Assembly (NCBI GenBank): GCA_028534125.1 | Contig: CM052816.1 | Coordinates: 28,336,123 to 28,400,000 of the forward strand | Direction of reading: 5' to 3' | DNA from: Lama glama | Taxonomy: Eukaryota | DNA length: 63,878 nt | Part shown: piece by piece, positions 39,411 through 52,420 of the stretch | Numbering within the stretch: the stretch's first letter is position 1 | Layout of the letters: the number at the start of each line of letters is the position of its first letter | Translations under genes and position numbers: made by a program | Notes under the pieces: generated by a model | Databases searched by the model: none | What the model was told of the DNA's origin: nothing | Seen by the model: the letters and a program-made list of their open reading frames with translations, nothing else

Positions 39411-40079
39411 TTTAAGAAGCTATCAAAGAAAATCTTTGTGACCTTAGAGGATAAAACTACTAAATAGGCCATAATAAAAAATTAACACCATCACAGTGAA
39501 CTTTCCAAATTTAATGTAACTTAAAACCCAGGGAGATGATGCTAGATCTGCCAAATAAACCATCCATCCACCCTACAAATTATATAATCAAGAGGATATA
39601 ACTTAGAAGCCCATTCTTCAGTGGGGACGTACAAAGGTAAAGTAATGAAACATAATTAGTCGACATATAGTGAGTTTTGGGGAAAAGAGATAATGTATTC
39701 TGGGATAATCACACATAAGTGACAAACTAAATAGCATACGGTCCCTTGAAATTCCTTACATAAAATTACAAGGTGTCTGAAGTATCCGCATTTGAGACAG
39801 TATTCTGCTCCTCCAATTAAGGAATGGAAAATTAGTCACAGAGCATTTCCAAGTAATAAAGTCAATACTAATGTAGTATTAAGTATACAGGAAGTCCTGC
39901 TTTCAAACTGAAATTGCTCCTATTAACTTTAATAAATGTTGTGTGTACTTTTAAAGTCTGGAAAACCAGTAAGGAGTCATTTCCACAATATGCCTCCTTT
40001 TAATGTAAAATTAGATGGAAGATGCCCCAAATAACTGTTGTTTTTTTTTCAATTATACATTAATTATTTTATTTTACGA

Positions 40080-42240
40080 CCCACCTGTTGAATGCACTTT
40101 TTGAAAAGACTTTGTATGTTCCATTGTCGAATGAATTATTCTATAAATTTGTTATGTCTCACTGATTATTTTATTCAAGTCTTCTAAATCCTTAGTTACT
40201 TTCTGTAAAAATTTCAACTATAATTGTGGATTTGTCAAATTTTGTTTACATATTTTTTTCAATTTTGCTTCATAGATTTGTCTCTGTTAATAGAGAGATT
40301 CAGAACTGTTATATTTTCATGTTGAATTGATACTTGTATTTTTATGAAATACCCCTTCTCACCTTTAATACTGCTGGTAATGAGGACTCCTCTATGTATA
40401 TTCCCATCTTCTTACATTTAGACTATGTGTAACTTCATATTTAAAATGTAGTTCCTCTAGATGGTACACAATTGGATTTAGCTATTTAATTCAGTGTTAT
40501 ATTCTTTGGCTTTTATTTGGAAAGTTTAGAGCATTGGTAATTAATCTAACTTATTACATGGTTGTTTTTAAGGATACCATCTGGCTGTTTTCAATTTGTC
40601 AAATATATATATATTTTTTTTGTTTTATGGTTTTATTAACACAAATACACACAGGCTGTTCATTCATTTTATTCCCTGTGCAGCCTGGCTTTGGGATTGG
40701 TGACTGATGGCTAGCTGGGCTGCTCTTTCCGCAACGCTTTCCCAGTTTCTGGAGACCATCGTGAGCACTCTCAGCACAGTAAGATTTGTTGCACATCAGT
40801 AGCACTTCAAGCTCCTCGACGTTGTGGACCCGGACCTTCCGGAAGATGCTGGGAAGCATGTGCTTTGTCTTTTTGTTGCTCCCATAACCTGTATTGGGCA
40901 TCAAGATCTGGGCCCTGCATCTCCTGCTCACTCTATCATCAATGCCTCTGGGTTTTCGCCAGTTCCACTTAATTTTGACATACTGGTCTGACTGGCGACA
41001 GATAACTTCTTGGTCCTCTTTTGGATGATCTTGGGCTTCAGGAGGGATCTGAGGGCAGTTATGATGCTCAGTAGATGACTGCCACCTCTGTAGGCAGCAC
41101 CAAGGAGGACAGTCCCATGTATCTTTTGTTCTTTGTCCCTTAATTATTTTTGACTATTAAATATTTTCATTATTCGATTTTTCTTTACCATGGTCTCACT
41201 AGCTGTAACTTTTAATAATCTTATACAGTAGGAACTCTAGGGTTGGAAAATGCATCTTAACATAGTCTATCTTCAAGTAATATTATGCCTCTTCAGATTT
41301 AATGCAAGAAATATATGACGGTATACTTCTATTATACCTCCACCTCTTTGTACTTTTATTGTCAAACAATCTACATTTATGTATGTCATAAACCCCACAG
41401 ACATATTATTTTTTAACTTAAACAATAAAATATATTTAAAGAAATTTTTAAATGAAAGAAATCTTTTTATTTACCCACACAGTGACTATTTCCAGTATTT
41501 TTTACTTAATTAAAAAAACTCTGGTTTACTGTTCCTTCAGCCTGAAGAAATTTACTTTAAATCATCTTCTTGTGCACATCTTTGGGTGATAAATTCTCAA
41601 AGTTTTTCTTTTCCTGAACATATTTTTATTTTAGCTTCATTTCTGAAGGATACTTTTTCAGATATAGAATTCTACGTTGACAGACTTTTTTTCAACATTT
41701 TAAAGATATTATTCCAATATATCCTGGCTTCACTGTTTCTGAGGAAAAGTCAACAACTTTCTTACGTTTATTCCCATTTTCTCTTTTTTCTGACTGCTTT
41801 AAAATTTTTCTGTTTAACAAGGATTTTATAAAATTTGAACTGCATGCCTTGGCTTTTCTTTTTTGTGACTGGAATTTTTTGAGCGTCTAGGACATATGGC
41901 CTTATAATTTTGAGCAAATTTGGAAAATGTTAGTCCATTATTTCTTCAATTTCTGTCTGCCTTTCTAAAACTCTAATAACACTATTGTTAGAAGTCTTAG
42001 AATTATCCTACAATTCACCAAAGCTAAATATATATTTGTTTTAGTGTTTTTTCTCTCTTTGCTTCTGTATGGAAAATTTCTATTATATTTTTAAGTTCAC
42101 TGATTTTTTTTTCTGTTGTGTTTAATCTGCAGAAGAATTTATCAATGCACATAATGTATTTTGGGTTCTAGATATTCCATTTGGTTCCTCTTAATATAAT
42201 GTATTTCTCTCCTCACTGTGTTCATGTTTATATCGACCCT
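40080..42240 (-). mobile_element. Old L1M (ORF1 to ORF2 5' part) hosting the RPL32 retrocopy
   Basis: tttcaactataattgtggatttgtc..gttgaattgatac..ttccttcagcctgaagaa..tttctgaaggatactttttcagatatagaattcta, antisense L1M motifs. Confidence 0.75.
40601..41110 (-). pseudogene. RPL32: RPL32 processed pseudogene
   Basis: Intronless; translates to ..[81 protein letters not shown]..; start ATG>ATA at 41062-41060; frameshifts; 5' UTR GCTGCCTACAGAGGTGGCAG; AATAAA at 40637-40632 and an A-tail remnant. Confidence 0.97.
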
Positions 42241-42249
42241 TCAATGATT

Positions 42250-43460
42250 TGAATATTTTCCTTTTCCCAGTGCTGAGATACCTGAATTAAAGGTCATGGG
42301 TCATTTAGGTGAAATACTGGGGAATTACTATCATACACTTGCCACAGTGAAAAATGATCCTTCATCATAGAGCTCTCAGTCAACAGGTTCAAGGTCTGAG
42401 AATCAGATTACAACTGGAATCTAGGGAAAACATTGTGACTTTTTAATGGGCAGCTTTCCTCTGCCTCCTGATCTTCCATTTTTATTAATTTTGATTGCAT
42501 AGGTAATGTAAAATGTTTGTTGGCTGCCTACTTATCATTCCCTAAGGACTAACCTGTCTGTTAACCGTTTCCGTGTCTCACTGTGAGTCAGGCTTCCTTA
42601 CCTGCCGCTCAGATCTTGCTGCTCACTGTGGTAACCACACTCACCTTGCTTTCAATTGCTTAGGCACCCCCAGTTTTGTGGCTTTGTTATTTTGAGATGC
42701 AATCATACTAACTGCTATCAGGATGCCAGTTCTAAAACAGCATCTCCCACTATCATTCCTTGCCTAGATACAACAGCCATCACTGTGCTTCTGAACAAGT
42801 TTCATTCACCTTTCACCAGCTCATTTCTTATTGTACTGTTGACTTGCATGTCCTCTAGGCCTTCCCAACAAATACTGTCAGCTGGTTATCCAGATTTATG
42901 TAATATATGCTACCTACCTCTTACTCTGACTCTTTTAATCCTTTTGTTTTTCCAACATCAGCTCTGATAACTCTGACATTTCTATCTAATTTACTTTGTG
43001 TTTTTTTTCACATGTTCCTAATAGCTATCCTAGGAGAGAATGGTATGATCTCCCACTGTAGATGCTAGAGTATTAAATTCTGTTTCACAGGATAATGCTC
43101 CTATATGGTGGTGTTTTTTTTTCTTTTAATTATTTTTCTTTTTTATGGAAGTACAGTCAGTTTACAATTTGTGCCAGTGCTAGTGTATTGTTAAACTCTC
43201 CCAACCCCAATTTTCTTTTTGGTTCTGTTCCCATTCATTCAGCATCCCCAACATCCAATTCTGTGGATGTAATCTTGTCTTTTCTTTATATATTGGTACA
43301 TTTTAGCCAAATCCTGCTGCAACTTCAGCACATAGTTTTCCTCATTCCTTAGAAAGCCTAACACTTCTCCTTATGAATGTACTGGGATTTGTGCTGGTAC
43401 TATCTTTGACTGGATTTCTGAAAACTGGGACTTTTAATGGGAACTTTGATTGGACACTGT
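42250..43460 (-). mobile_element. ERVL/MaLR-class internal region (gag remnant)
   Basis: Minus translation EENYVLKLQQDLAKMYQ..QNWMLGMLNE and HIGALSCETEFNTLAST resembles ERVL gag (YTPKELQD.ANLY.Q..W.WILRV; DMGALSRDS.FNVLA). Confidence 0.65.
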
Positions 43461-43469
43461 TCTTTGGAA

Positions 43470-43970
43470 GTTCACCTGTAAGGATCTGAGAAAAGCAGGA
43501 TATGGCAAAAGGAAAAGCTGAATCACAATGTACAGTTGACTCCTGAACAATGCAGGAGTGGTTGAACACCCCCCTGTACAGTTGAAAATCTGAGTATAAC
43601 TTATAGTTGGCCCTCCCTCTATGTGGTTCCTCCTTACAAGGGTTTCCACATCCATGGATTCAACAACTGTAGAATGTGTAGTACTGTAGTGTTTGCTACT
43701 GAAAAATATCCCCCTTTAAGTGGACTCATGCAGTTCAAATCCACATTATTCAAGGGTCAACTGTAGTTGTAACTGAGTCTTCAGCCAATTTACAGAAAAT
43801 CCTGGAGCTTGGGAGGCCCTTTAGAGTTGTCCCAAAATAAGCTAAAGATGCCAGGTCTTCGAATCTCTGCATCAATAGTCATTGTCCACAGGTATCCTTC
43901 ATTCTCTACCTACCCCACTTTAGGAAGGAATGTAATTTGAGCATATCAGCTCCTTAGTGCCAAAGCAAAA
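43470..43970 (-). mobile_element. Old ERVL-type LTR adjoining the gag remnant, split by a Tigger2 MITE
   Basis: gaaaagcaggatatggcaaaaggaaaagctgaatcacaatg|MITE|gttgtaactgagtcttcagccaat..ggcccttttagagttgtccca. Confidence 0.55.
43533..43763 (-). mobile_element. Tigger2-derived MITE
   Basis: TIRs cagttgactcctgaacaa / attcaagggtcaactg flanked by a TA duplication. Confidence 0.85.
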
Positions 43971-44129
43971 CCATAGACCCAGGCAGGAAACCTACTAGCC
44001 ACTATAGACACAAAATGTTGAAAGCAGTTCCCTAGTTTCTTCTCTCTGATTTCCACACTTATTTGCCTAGTGCTAACCGAGGCAGCCATTTTGGTCAAAT
44101 TTAGTACTGTGTTACTTCTGTTTAGTTAA

Positions 44130-44960
44130 CTCCGTCTATTTTTTTTTTCCTATTTCTTATCTCAGTATGCAGCATCACTATTTACCTTGTTAAATAAGAT
44201 AGATCTCTGGAATTCATCCTTAATTCCTTCCCATTTTTCTGTCTCTCAACTTTTTTCTGGTCTAAATGCTTTTTCACCCCTTCTCTACATGATGAAATTT
44301 TATTTATTCTTCAAGACTGAGCTCAAATAACACTTCCTTTTTGGAGCCACCTTTGTTCCTCTAAGCAAAATTAATTATTCTTTCCTCTAAGCCATCACTG
44401 TAGTTTGTACATTGTATTAGTCTTCTAGGCTGGCATACAAAATACCACAAGTTAGGTGGTTTAAACAACAGGTATTTCTCACAGTTTTAGAGTCTGTAAG
44501 TGCCAGCATGGTTAGGTTCTGGTAAAAGCTCTCTTCCTGGCTTGCAGGTGGCCACCTCCTAGCTGTGTCCTCACATGACAGAAAAACATCTAAACAAGCT
44601 CTCTAGTGTCTCTGCTTGTAAGAGCGCTAATCGCATCATTAGAGCCCCACCCTCATTATCTCATCTTCATCTAATTACCTCCCAAAGGTCCCATCTCTAA
44701 ATACCAACACACTGGGGTTTCAAGTTTAAATGTATGAATGCAGTGGGGTGGGGAACACACATTTCAGTTCAGAGCATACATTATTCTACCAGAGGACCTA
44801 CCACATTGTATTAGTGTAATTAGTGGCTATGTATCACTTCTCTTCAAACAGTGAATTTCTAAAAGGCAGGCACAGTCTCATTTCCTTTTGATCTTCACTG
44901 ATAGCACAGGGACAGCTTTCCAGTTATGTTTAAGTCTTATTTGCTGAACTGTGAATAAAT
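44130..44960 (+). mobile_element. L2 3' region split by an MLT1 LTR
   Basis: attcttcaagactgagctcaaataacacttcc..|LTR|..aaaggcaggcacagtctcatt..tttgctgaactgtgaataa. Confidence 0.6.
44413..44776 (-). mobile_element. MaLR solo LTR (MLT1A-like) with 5-bp TSD
   Basis: tgtattagtc..ttcagttcagagca; TSD tacat at 44408-44412 and 44777-44781. Confidence 0.9.
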
Positions 44961-45099
44961 CTGTGTTATTCATGTGCCAATTTAATACCAAATGACAAGT
45001 CTGGGTTTTCAATCCTATGATTTTTTTATATGCTGGTAGCATGCCAATATCAAGACTGGGAATGATGAAACAGTTATGCTTAGATACCAGACCCTATTT

Positions 45100-45305
45100 T
45101 GCACTCATAGACACTTTGCTTACACTTTATAGCATTTTCCACAAATGTAATGAATTAGATGTATATTGAGCTCATTAGTTTTTACTCTAATTCCACAAGA
45201 ACAGACTATGAATGTTCTATTGATCACTACATATCTTATGCCTAGCACAATGCCTTGCACTTAAAAAGGCACTCAGTAATTTTTTATAAAATTATAGACA
45301 TGAAT
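45100..45305 (+). mobile_element. L2 3' end
   Basis: ttgatcactacatatcttatgcctagcacaatgccttgcacttaaaaaggcactcagtaa. Confidence 0.6.
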
Positions 45306-47419
45306 ATACCGAGCTTGTGGATCTCAAAAACACTATTATAGAAAAAAAGTAACATTTCAAATGTTCACTACGGAAGAATTTTAGACAGATTAGCTTGGGT
45401 ATTAACTGCCAATAAAAAACAACAAAACAAAACCCAAAAAAACAACCAGTAATTCACATAGAAGTAGAACTTAAAAAAGATAGAACCAGCCTTCTCTGAG
45501 AAAAAGCATGTAGATTTTGAGGCTAAAATCCTGAGCTAAAAGAACAGTTTGTGAGAACTAGCTGTAGTTACCAACCGGTTATTTTCTTAAAACTTTTAAA
45601 TATTCCAGATGTTGAAAGCCCTGAATGCCCTAAGTCAGAATTTAGTCACATTTAAGTGTATATATTGAAAAGATACAGATCCCAAGGAAATAAATGTGAC
45701 AGCAATAAGCACTGTATTTTCTGAAACAAATGTCAACTCTGTCCACACTGAAGAAAAAAGGCCAAAGCCCTGTGGAGGATTTTTTAGGGGATAAATATTT
45801 GGTGAAAAGACCAAGAGATGCTCACGAACTGACACAGTAATGATGAATAGTGATAAGAATGCAAAAATGTCAGTGGGTAATAAAGTGGTAAGAATTGTTC
45901 CTTATACTAGTCTGTTCTGCTAAATATTTTATATATACATGTATTTTTAAAAACACATACACAAAATTTTATTTACATGTATTTTTAAAAACATAAAATA
46001 AAAAAATTTAACAAGTTAATTTCAAAGATTTAGTAAACTTTTTGTTGTTAATCATGAAAATCAACTGAGCTCAGAATTGTCTTTCATCCCATCTCTGTTC
46101 ACCCCTTGGGTAAGTCTCCCCCTTCAACTGACTACTAATGAAGCTGTGTAGCAATGGTTCGTACTAAGAGTACATTTGATGGAGGAAACTGGGTCTTATG
46201 AACTAAAATCAATGTTTGGCTTGAATTATGTTATGAACTCAAATCTCCATTAGCCAAAGGACAGTTATAAATACAACAAGCACATCAGGACCTCTGAAAA
46301 TTGATGACTCAATAGGCTGATTTAAATAGGGATGACTCACATTTCAGTAAATCATTACTGTGAGGAAACCAGGTTGCAACCTTTTAGTGTTCTTAGAAGA
46401 AATTGGTTATTGATCATAAACAAAAGTCGTCGAACTTGATACAAATGTAACGAAATGAGGAGGAAAGTATCCTTCATGGTAATGGCAGTTGACACTGCCT
46501 TGGACCTTCTTTTGAAGTAATTCATATCTACTTTAATGGGATTTTCTCCCACAAGAAACATTTTCCAAACCCTGAAATTTACTGTGTTCATTCCCTGTGA
46601 TGTGTGGCAGGATTTATTTTCTAGAATAATGGCTTTAAGCCCATAGAGCTTTCTCCAGTTTTGGACTTATAACCTCCTTGTTCTTATTTCTTTCTTAGTT
46701 TATGATTAAATGGAATAGCATATATAAATCTTCACAATTAATCATTAATTTCTTATAGGCATTTTTCCTATGCAGTATCAAAGTAATTTTCAGACACATA
46801 GTTTTAAGTGTAACAGCAACTTGCCTTTAAAAAGCACTAAGCAAAATATGTCCTTTGCTCTATTTCCAAACTTTTGGATTACAGCTTGTTTTCCTATGAA
46901 ATTTATTTTTGCATTAGAAGTTCGTATCAAGTAACAATGTAAGTTTTCATATTAAAAAGTTGGAAAAAGGCTTTTTAAAATAACTTATTTTTAATAATGA
47001 CCATACAAACAGCTCAATATAGGCTGAGATATGAATGGGAATCTCCCCTTCATTACGGTAAAACACAAAAATTGGGAATAACATTAAATCCTGAAAAAGT
47101 ATCCTTAGTAGGAAAAAATAATTAGCTTATGAATGAATTGCATTCTAACTCATTTAATTACACACTGTGAGTGTCAGCTTAAAAATTAATTTATGTTTTA
47201 GGCAGAAATGCATCCACATGAAAATATAATACGAGCTCAAGTTTTTATTACATAAAAATGTAGAAACAGGATTATGCCATTTAATCATATTATGTCAATA
47301 AATAGTAATACTATAAGGAAGATATCTAAGCTCATAAATTCTACAAATGAGTCAACAGTTATTCATTGTACTGCAAATCTTGAGTGAAACATAAGATTAG
47401 CCTTTTTTTTCATGACATA

Positions 47420-48304
47420 GTACATCTTCTTTGGAGAAGTGTCTATTTGGACATATAGATGGCCAACTGGCACATGGAAAGATGCTCAATATTGCTAATT
47501 ATTAGAGAAATGCAAATCAAAAGTTTAACAAGTGCACCTTACACTGGTAAGAATGGCCATCATTATAAAGTCTACAAATAACAAATGCTGGAAAGGGTGT
47601 GGAGAAAAGGGAACCCTCCTACACTATTTGTGGGAATGTAATATGGTGCAGCCATTTTGGAAAATACAGAGGTTCCTTAAAAAAATAAAAATAGTGTTAC
47701 CATAAGAACCAGCAATTCTACTCTTGGTCATATAATTGGAGAAACTCTACTTTGAAAAGATACATTTACCCCAATGTTCACAGCAGCACCTTTTACAACA
47801 GCCAAGACATGGAAGCAGCCTAAATGTCCATCAACAGATGATTGCATAAAGAAGTTGCAACACACACACACACACAGGAATACTACTCAGCCATGAAAAA
47901 GAATGATGCCATTTGGAGCAATGGATGGATCTGGAGATTATCATACTAAGTGAAATCAGTCAGAAAGAAAAAAAACAAATACCATGCATCACTTATATGT
48001 GGAATCTAAAATATGACACAAATGAACCTATTTATGAAACAGATTCACAGACACAAAACAAACTAATGTTTACCAAAAGGGAACATAGTGGAGGAGGGAT
48101 AAATGAGGAGTTTGGGATTAGCAGATACAAACTACCAAATACAAAACAGATAAACAAGGTCCTACTGGATAGCAAAGGGAACTATATTCAATATCCTGTA
48201 ATAAATCATAATGGAAAAGAATATATACATATATATCTGAATCACTGCACTATACACCAGAAACTGACACATTATAAATCAACTATACTTCTATAATAAA
48301 AAAA
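47420..48304 (+). mobile_element. L1 ORF2 end and 3' UTR with a short 5' inversion
   Basis: gatggccaactggcacatggaaagatgctc..aatgctggaaagggtgtggagaaaagggaaccctcctacact..A tail; 47420-47448 is antisense L1; ORF 47913-48296 (WMDLEIIILSEISQ) is L1-derived. Confidence 0.9.
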
Positions 48305-48329
48305 GTAGCAGGCTATTATCATCAGCTTT

Positions 48330-50900
48330 ATCCCAATAAACTTGACAACATAGATAAAAAGGAAAAATTCTTTGGAAAACACAACTTACCAATATAAATA
48401 TAAGAAGATACAGAAAATTTTAATATAATTTAACATACTACAGAAACTAAATTAATTAGAGAATTCTTTCAACAAAACCAATAGCTTTCCACTGGTGAGT
48501 TCTATTTAAGTTACAAAAAAAAAGTATTACAACTTAATAGAAAAACATGATTAAAGATTGTAGAGGAAGAAACTTCCTAATTTAACATATGTGGCCATCA
48601 TAACCCTAATACCAAAATTTTAAGAATACACTATAATACTACATAGATTGAAAGAAATCCTTAGATGCAAATTGAAACCAACGTTAAAAAAGAAAATCTG
48701 TTAAGATCAAGTTGGGTTTATTACTTGAATTCAAAGTTAGTTTAACATTCTAAAATCAACCAATGTAATACAAGATATTAACAGAATAAAGGAGAAATAT
48801 TCATCTCAATAGTCACAAAGAAACCCCATTCAACTCACATTCACAATAAAAAAAGAGAAAAGATAATTTATTTACTCTGCAAAAAATTATTTAAAAATAC
48901 ACCTAAGACTATGTAAAATGGTGAGGTACTAAACTTTTCTTCCTAAAAAACAGTAATACTGCATGCATGTCACATATACTGTAGGTCCAGGCAATGAAAT
49001 AAGGTGATAAAAAATAAATATAAGGGATGAAGATCTGAAAGAAAGAAAATCGCCTCTACATTCCTAAGTGATGTGATTGCTTGTATAGATTAATTCTTTT
49101 AATTTCCAAAGCAATTACCTCAATTAATAAGTTTGAAAGCTTTCCAGGTACAAAGTAAACACATAAAAATTAATTATATTTCTAAAAAATTGCAGAAAAC
49201 AATTGAAAACTTAATTTTAAGAGTTATATTAACAACAGTGTCAAATATTTTGATAATTTTCTTTCAAAAATGCAGGAACTTTGCACTGAAAATATTGCTA
49301 AGACAACCTAAGACAAAATGAAATGGCGATATATACCTTTCTCACACATTAGAAGGTCTGCTATAGTTAAAAACACAAATTATGCCAAAACACAATACAA
49401 ACCCAGTCAATATCCCAGCTGACTGTTTTGTAAAATTTCACAAGCTAATCCTTAAATTAAATAAACATATGAATGGCTTACAATAGCCTAAACATTTTGG
49501 GGGAAAAAAATAGCAAAGTTGGAGGACTTGGTGACCTGAATTTAAAGCTTAGTATTGGGCTATAATAATCAAGGCAATGGGACATAGGCCTAAAGAGAGG
49601 CAAATAGATCAATGGAACAGAATAGAGAGCAGAAATGGACCTGTACCTAAAAAGCCAATTGAACCAAAGTAATTACTGGTCAGTAAAAGTAAAATCTTTA
49701 AAACAAATAATGCTCAAACAACTAGACATCAATATGGTCAGGGGCAGGTGGCAGAGGAGACAAAGATCTTGACTCTTAACTTACATCAAATTCAAACACA
49801 TAAATTTAAGATGTACTACAGTCCTAAACATAAGAGCTAAAACTATAATGTTTTAGATGAAATGAGAGAAAATACATTTATGGCATGAGAGTAGGTAAAT
49901 ATATCTTTGATGGGACACAGAAAAAGAATAGTTCTAAAAGAAAAAAAATGATAAATTAAACCATCAAGATTTTTTTAAAAATCTGTTAATCAAAGGACAC
50001 TATAAAGAATAAAGAAGTAACCACAGACTGGGAAAAAATAAAACATATCTCTTACAAAATACTTGTATCCATAATATATGAAATAATTCTACAACTTGAT
50101 AATTAAAACAATCCAAGAAAAAGCAGGAAAACTGTTGAATAGACACTTCATGAGAAAAAGTATATGAATACCAAATAACCCTATGAAAACATGATTGATA
50201 TTTTTAGTCATCTTTGAAATTCAAATTAAAACTATAAAAAAAAATACCACTCCACACTCACTAAATTGTTACGGTTAAATATATTAAAAGGTTTAAAAAA
50301 CCAACAGCTCAAGTGTTGTCAAGAATGGAGAGAACGAGAACCTTATACATTTCTGGTGAAAATGTAAATTAATATAAGAATTTTGAAAAACTGCAATTTT
50401 TTTAAAAAGTTAAATATACACCTACTTTATGACCCAGAAATTCCAATCCTAGGGTTTATCCAAGAAAAATTAAAATGTATATTTGCCAAAGATTAAGTTG
50501 TATGGAATACGTACAGAAATACCCCATAGCCAAAAGCTAGAAAAAAACTCAAATAACCATCAGCAGAAAAATTTATAAACAAATCTATTTTGGTATAATT
50601 GTAGTATGGAATACTAACCAGAAACGAAAAGGAACAGATTATTTATCCATCAAACAACACGGGTGAATCTGACAAACATGCTGAGAAAAGATGTTGAACA
50701 CAGAACAGTTAAGTACATACGTGATGATTCTATTTATGTAATTTCTAAAAGAGTCAGAACTAACCAATAGGGAAAAAACTCAGAAAAGTGGTCATTTCTG
50801 GGTGAGTAGATATTGAGCATTAGGGACACATGAAAATTTCTGAAGTAATGGAAATGTTATATACCTTGACAAGATTGTACACTTACCAAACTCATAAAAT
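48330..50900 (+). mobile_element. Old L1M ORF2 plus 3' end
   Basis: gatcaagttgggtttatt..aaagttggaggact..atagatcaatggaacagaatagagagc..gacccagaaattccaatcctaggg. Confidence 0.8.
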
Positions 50901-50914
50901 TAAACACTTAGGAT

Positions 50915-51150
50915 TTCTACATTTGTTACAACTAATGAGCCTACAAGGACACATCACAGTTACCCAAAGTTCATTACGGTTCACTCTTGCACAATCTATG
51001 AGTTTAGACAAATGTGTCATGACATGTATCTGCTATTATAGTATCATACAGAGTATTTTTACTGCCCTAAAAATTCCCTATTATACCAATTCATCTCTAC
51101 TCCCCAAACCTTAACAACCACTGATCTTTGTACCGGAGCTTTGCCTTTTC
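50915..51150 (-). mobile_element. L1MC/MD-type 3' fragment
   Basis: acatttgttacaactaatgagcctaca..tttagacaaatgtgtcatgacatgtatc..aaccactgatcttt. Confidence 0.65.
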
Positions 51151-51199
51151 TTTTCTTTTTATAGTATAACAAGTAACAGAAAAATTTTAGGCTTATGAG

Positions 51200-51600
51200 A
51201 ATTATCCAACAAACAAGAAAAATAAAATCATGATATAGGGCAGAGAAGAGAGCTACTGGAGTGATATCCTTAAGTAGATGAGACAGAAGGTACACCAGCT
51301 CATAAGGAGATGAATTAACTTTAGACATAAAGAAGCACTTATGGATCATCTATTATGACAGATAGGAAGGCAGACTATGCAGGTACACATGCCTGTAGAT
51401 GGGTAAAATTAGGGGTGTGAGTCTGTGGAAGTTTTCCTCTGATAGCTTCCATTTGCATGGTCAAGTAGTAATCAAAGTCTTGTGCTGAGAATGAGGATTG
51501 AAAAGAGACATTAATGACTTGAAGAGAAAAGAATATACAACATGAGTGTAAGAGTGAAGTAGAGTAAGATTTCCAGAAAGTAAAGGCTCATTTGCTCATC
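51200..51600 (-). mobile_element. L2 ORF2 fragment
   Basis: gtggaagttttcctctgatagcttcc..gtcttgtgctgagaatgagg. Confidence 0.55.
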
Positions 51601-52184
51601 TTACTCATCAGTTTAGGAAGTACTGTCTTTAAAAAGGAGCCTAGATTTTTTTTAAGTGCTAGAAAGTGAAAGTATGTTCAAAGAAGAGTTTCAGGGTGCT
51701 TTGTGTTGTGCTGATAATGGATTATGAGTTCCAGTAGAAGAGTTCTGGAAATTAGAAAAAGTCTGAGAAAGGGATAGACTAGCAGGCAGAAAGGGTAATT
51801 AGAGTGAGGGGACCATGACTGGGAAGTCTGTTCCTGGTGGTAACTGTATAAAGGGAGATAGAGGGTTTAATAAAATCATGTGTTATGGATTGAAGCCAAA
51901 TAGAGACAGCAAGGTTGTGAGTATAGGAGGTAAGAAGGGGTGGGTATGTGGTTCATCATCCTGACCTCTGCTGATTGAGCAAAGAGGTCTGGAAACTCAG
52001 GACTTACTGAGTGTGAAGATCTTTTCATGGCTGGAATGATAGGCATCAAAGGCCTGGAGAGGTGTGATCTTAGACCACTGTATGGGTTTACTCATGACTT
52101 CTATTCACAAAGGGCTATTTTATACCAAGTTTAATCCAGCTTAGATTTTTCTATCATTTGTAAAGAAAGGTTACGCATTTTTAG

Positions 52185-52420
52185 GTAATGTATATCAAGC
52201 ATTTAATAGATGCCAGGCAATGTGAGTGTGTTCTAAGGGTAGTCAAGTTTTGACTAAAGAACATTATGAAGTACATGTGATTTTCATCCCTGTTTTACAG
52301 ATGATGAAACTGACAGAAAGTTAAATATCATGCCTAATATGACAAGACTCCTAAGTGTTTAAGGCTAGGATTTTATCCCAGAGAATTTGCTTCTACAGAC
52401 TCATATTTACCTAAACACCA
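52185..52420 (-). mobile_element. MIR SINE
   Basis: tgccaggcaatgtg..tcatccctgttttacagatgatgaaactga. Confidence 0.7.

Noticed and set aside
47913..48296. 127-aa ORF
   Set aside because: L1 ORF2 C-terminus running into the L1 3' UTR; not a host gene
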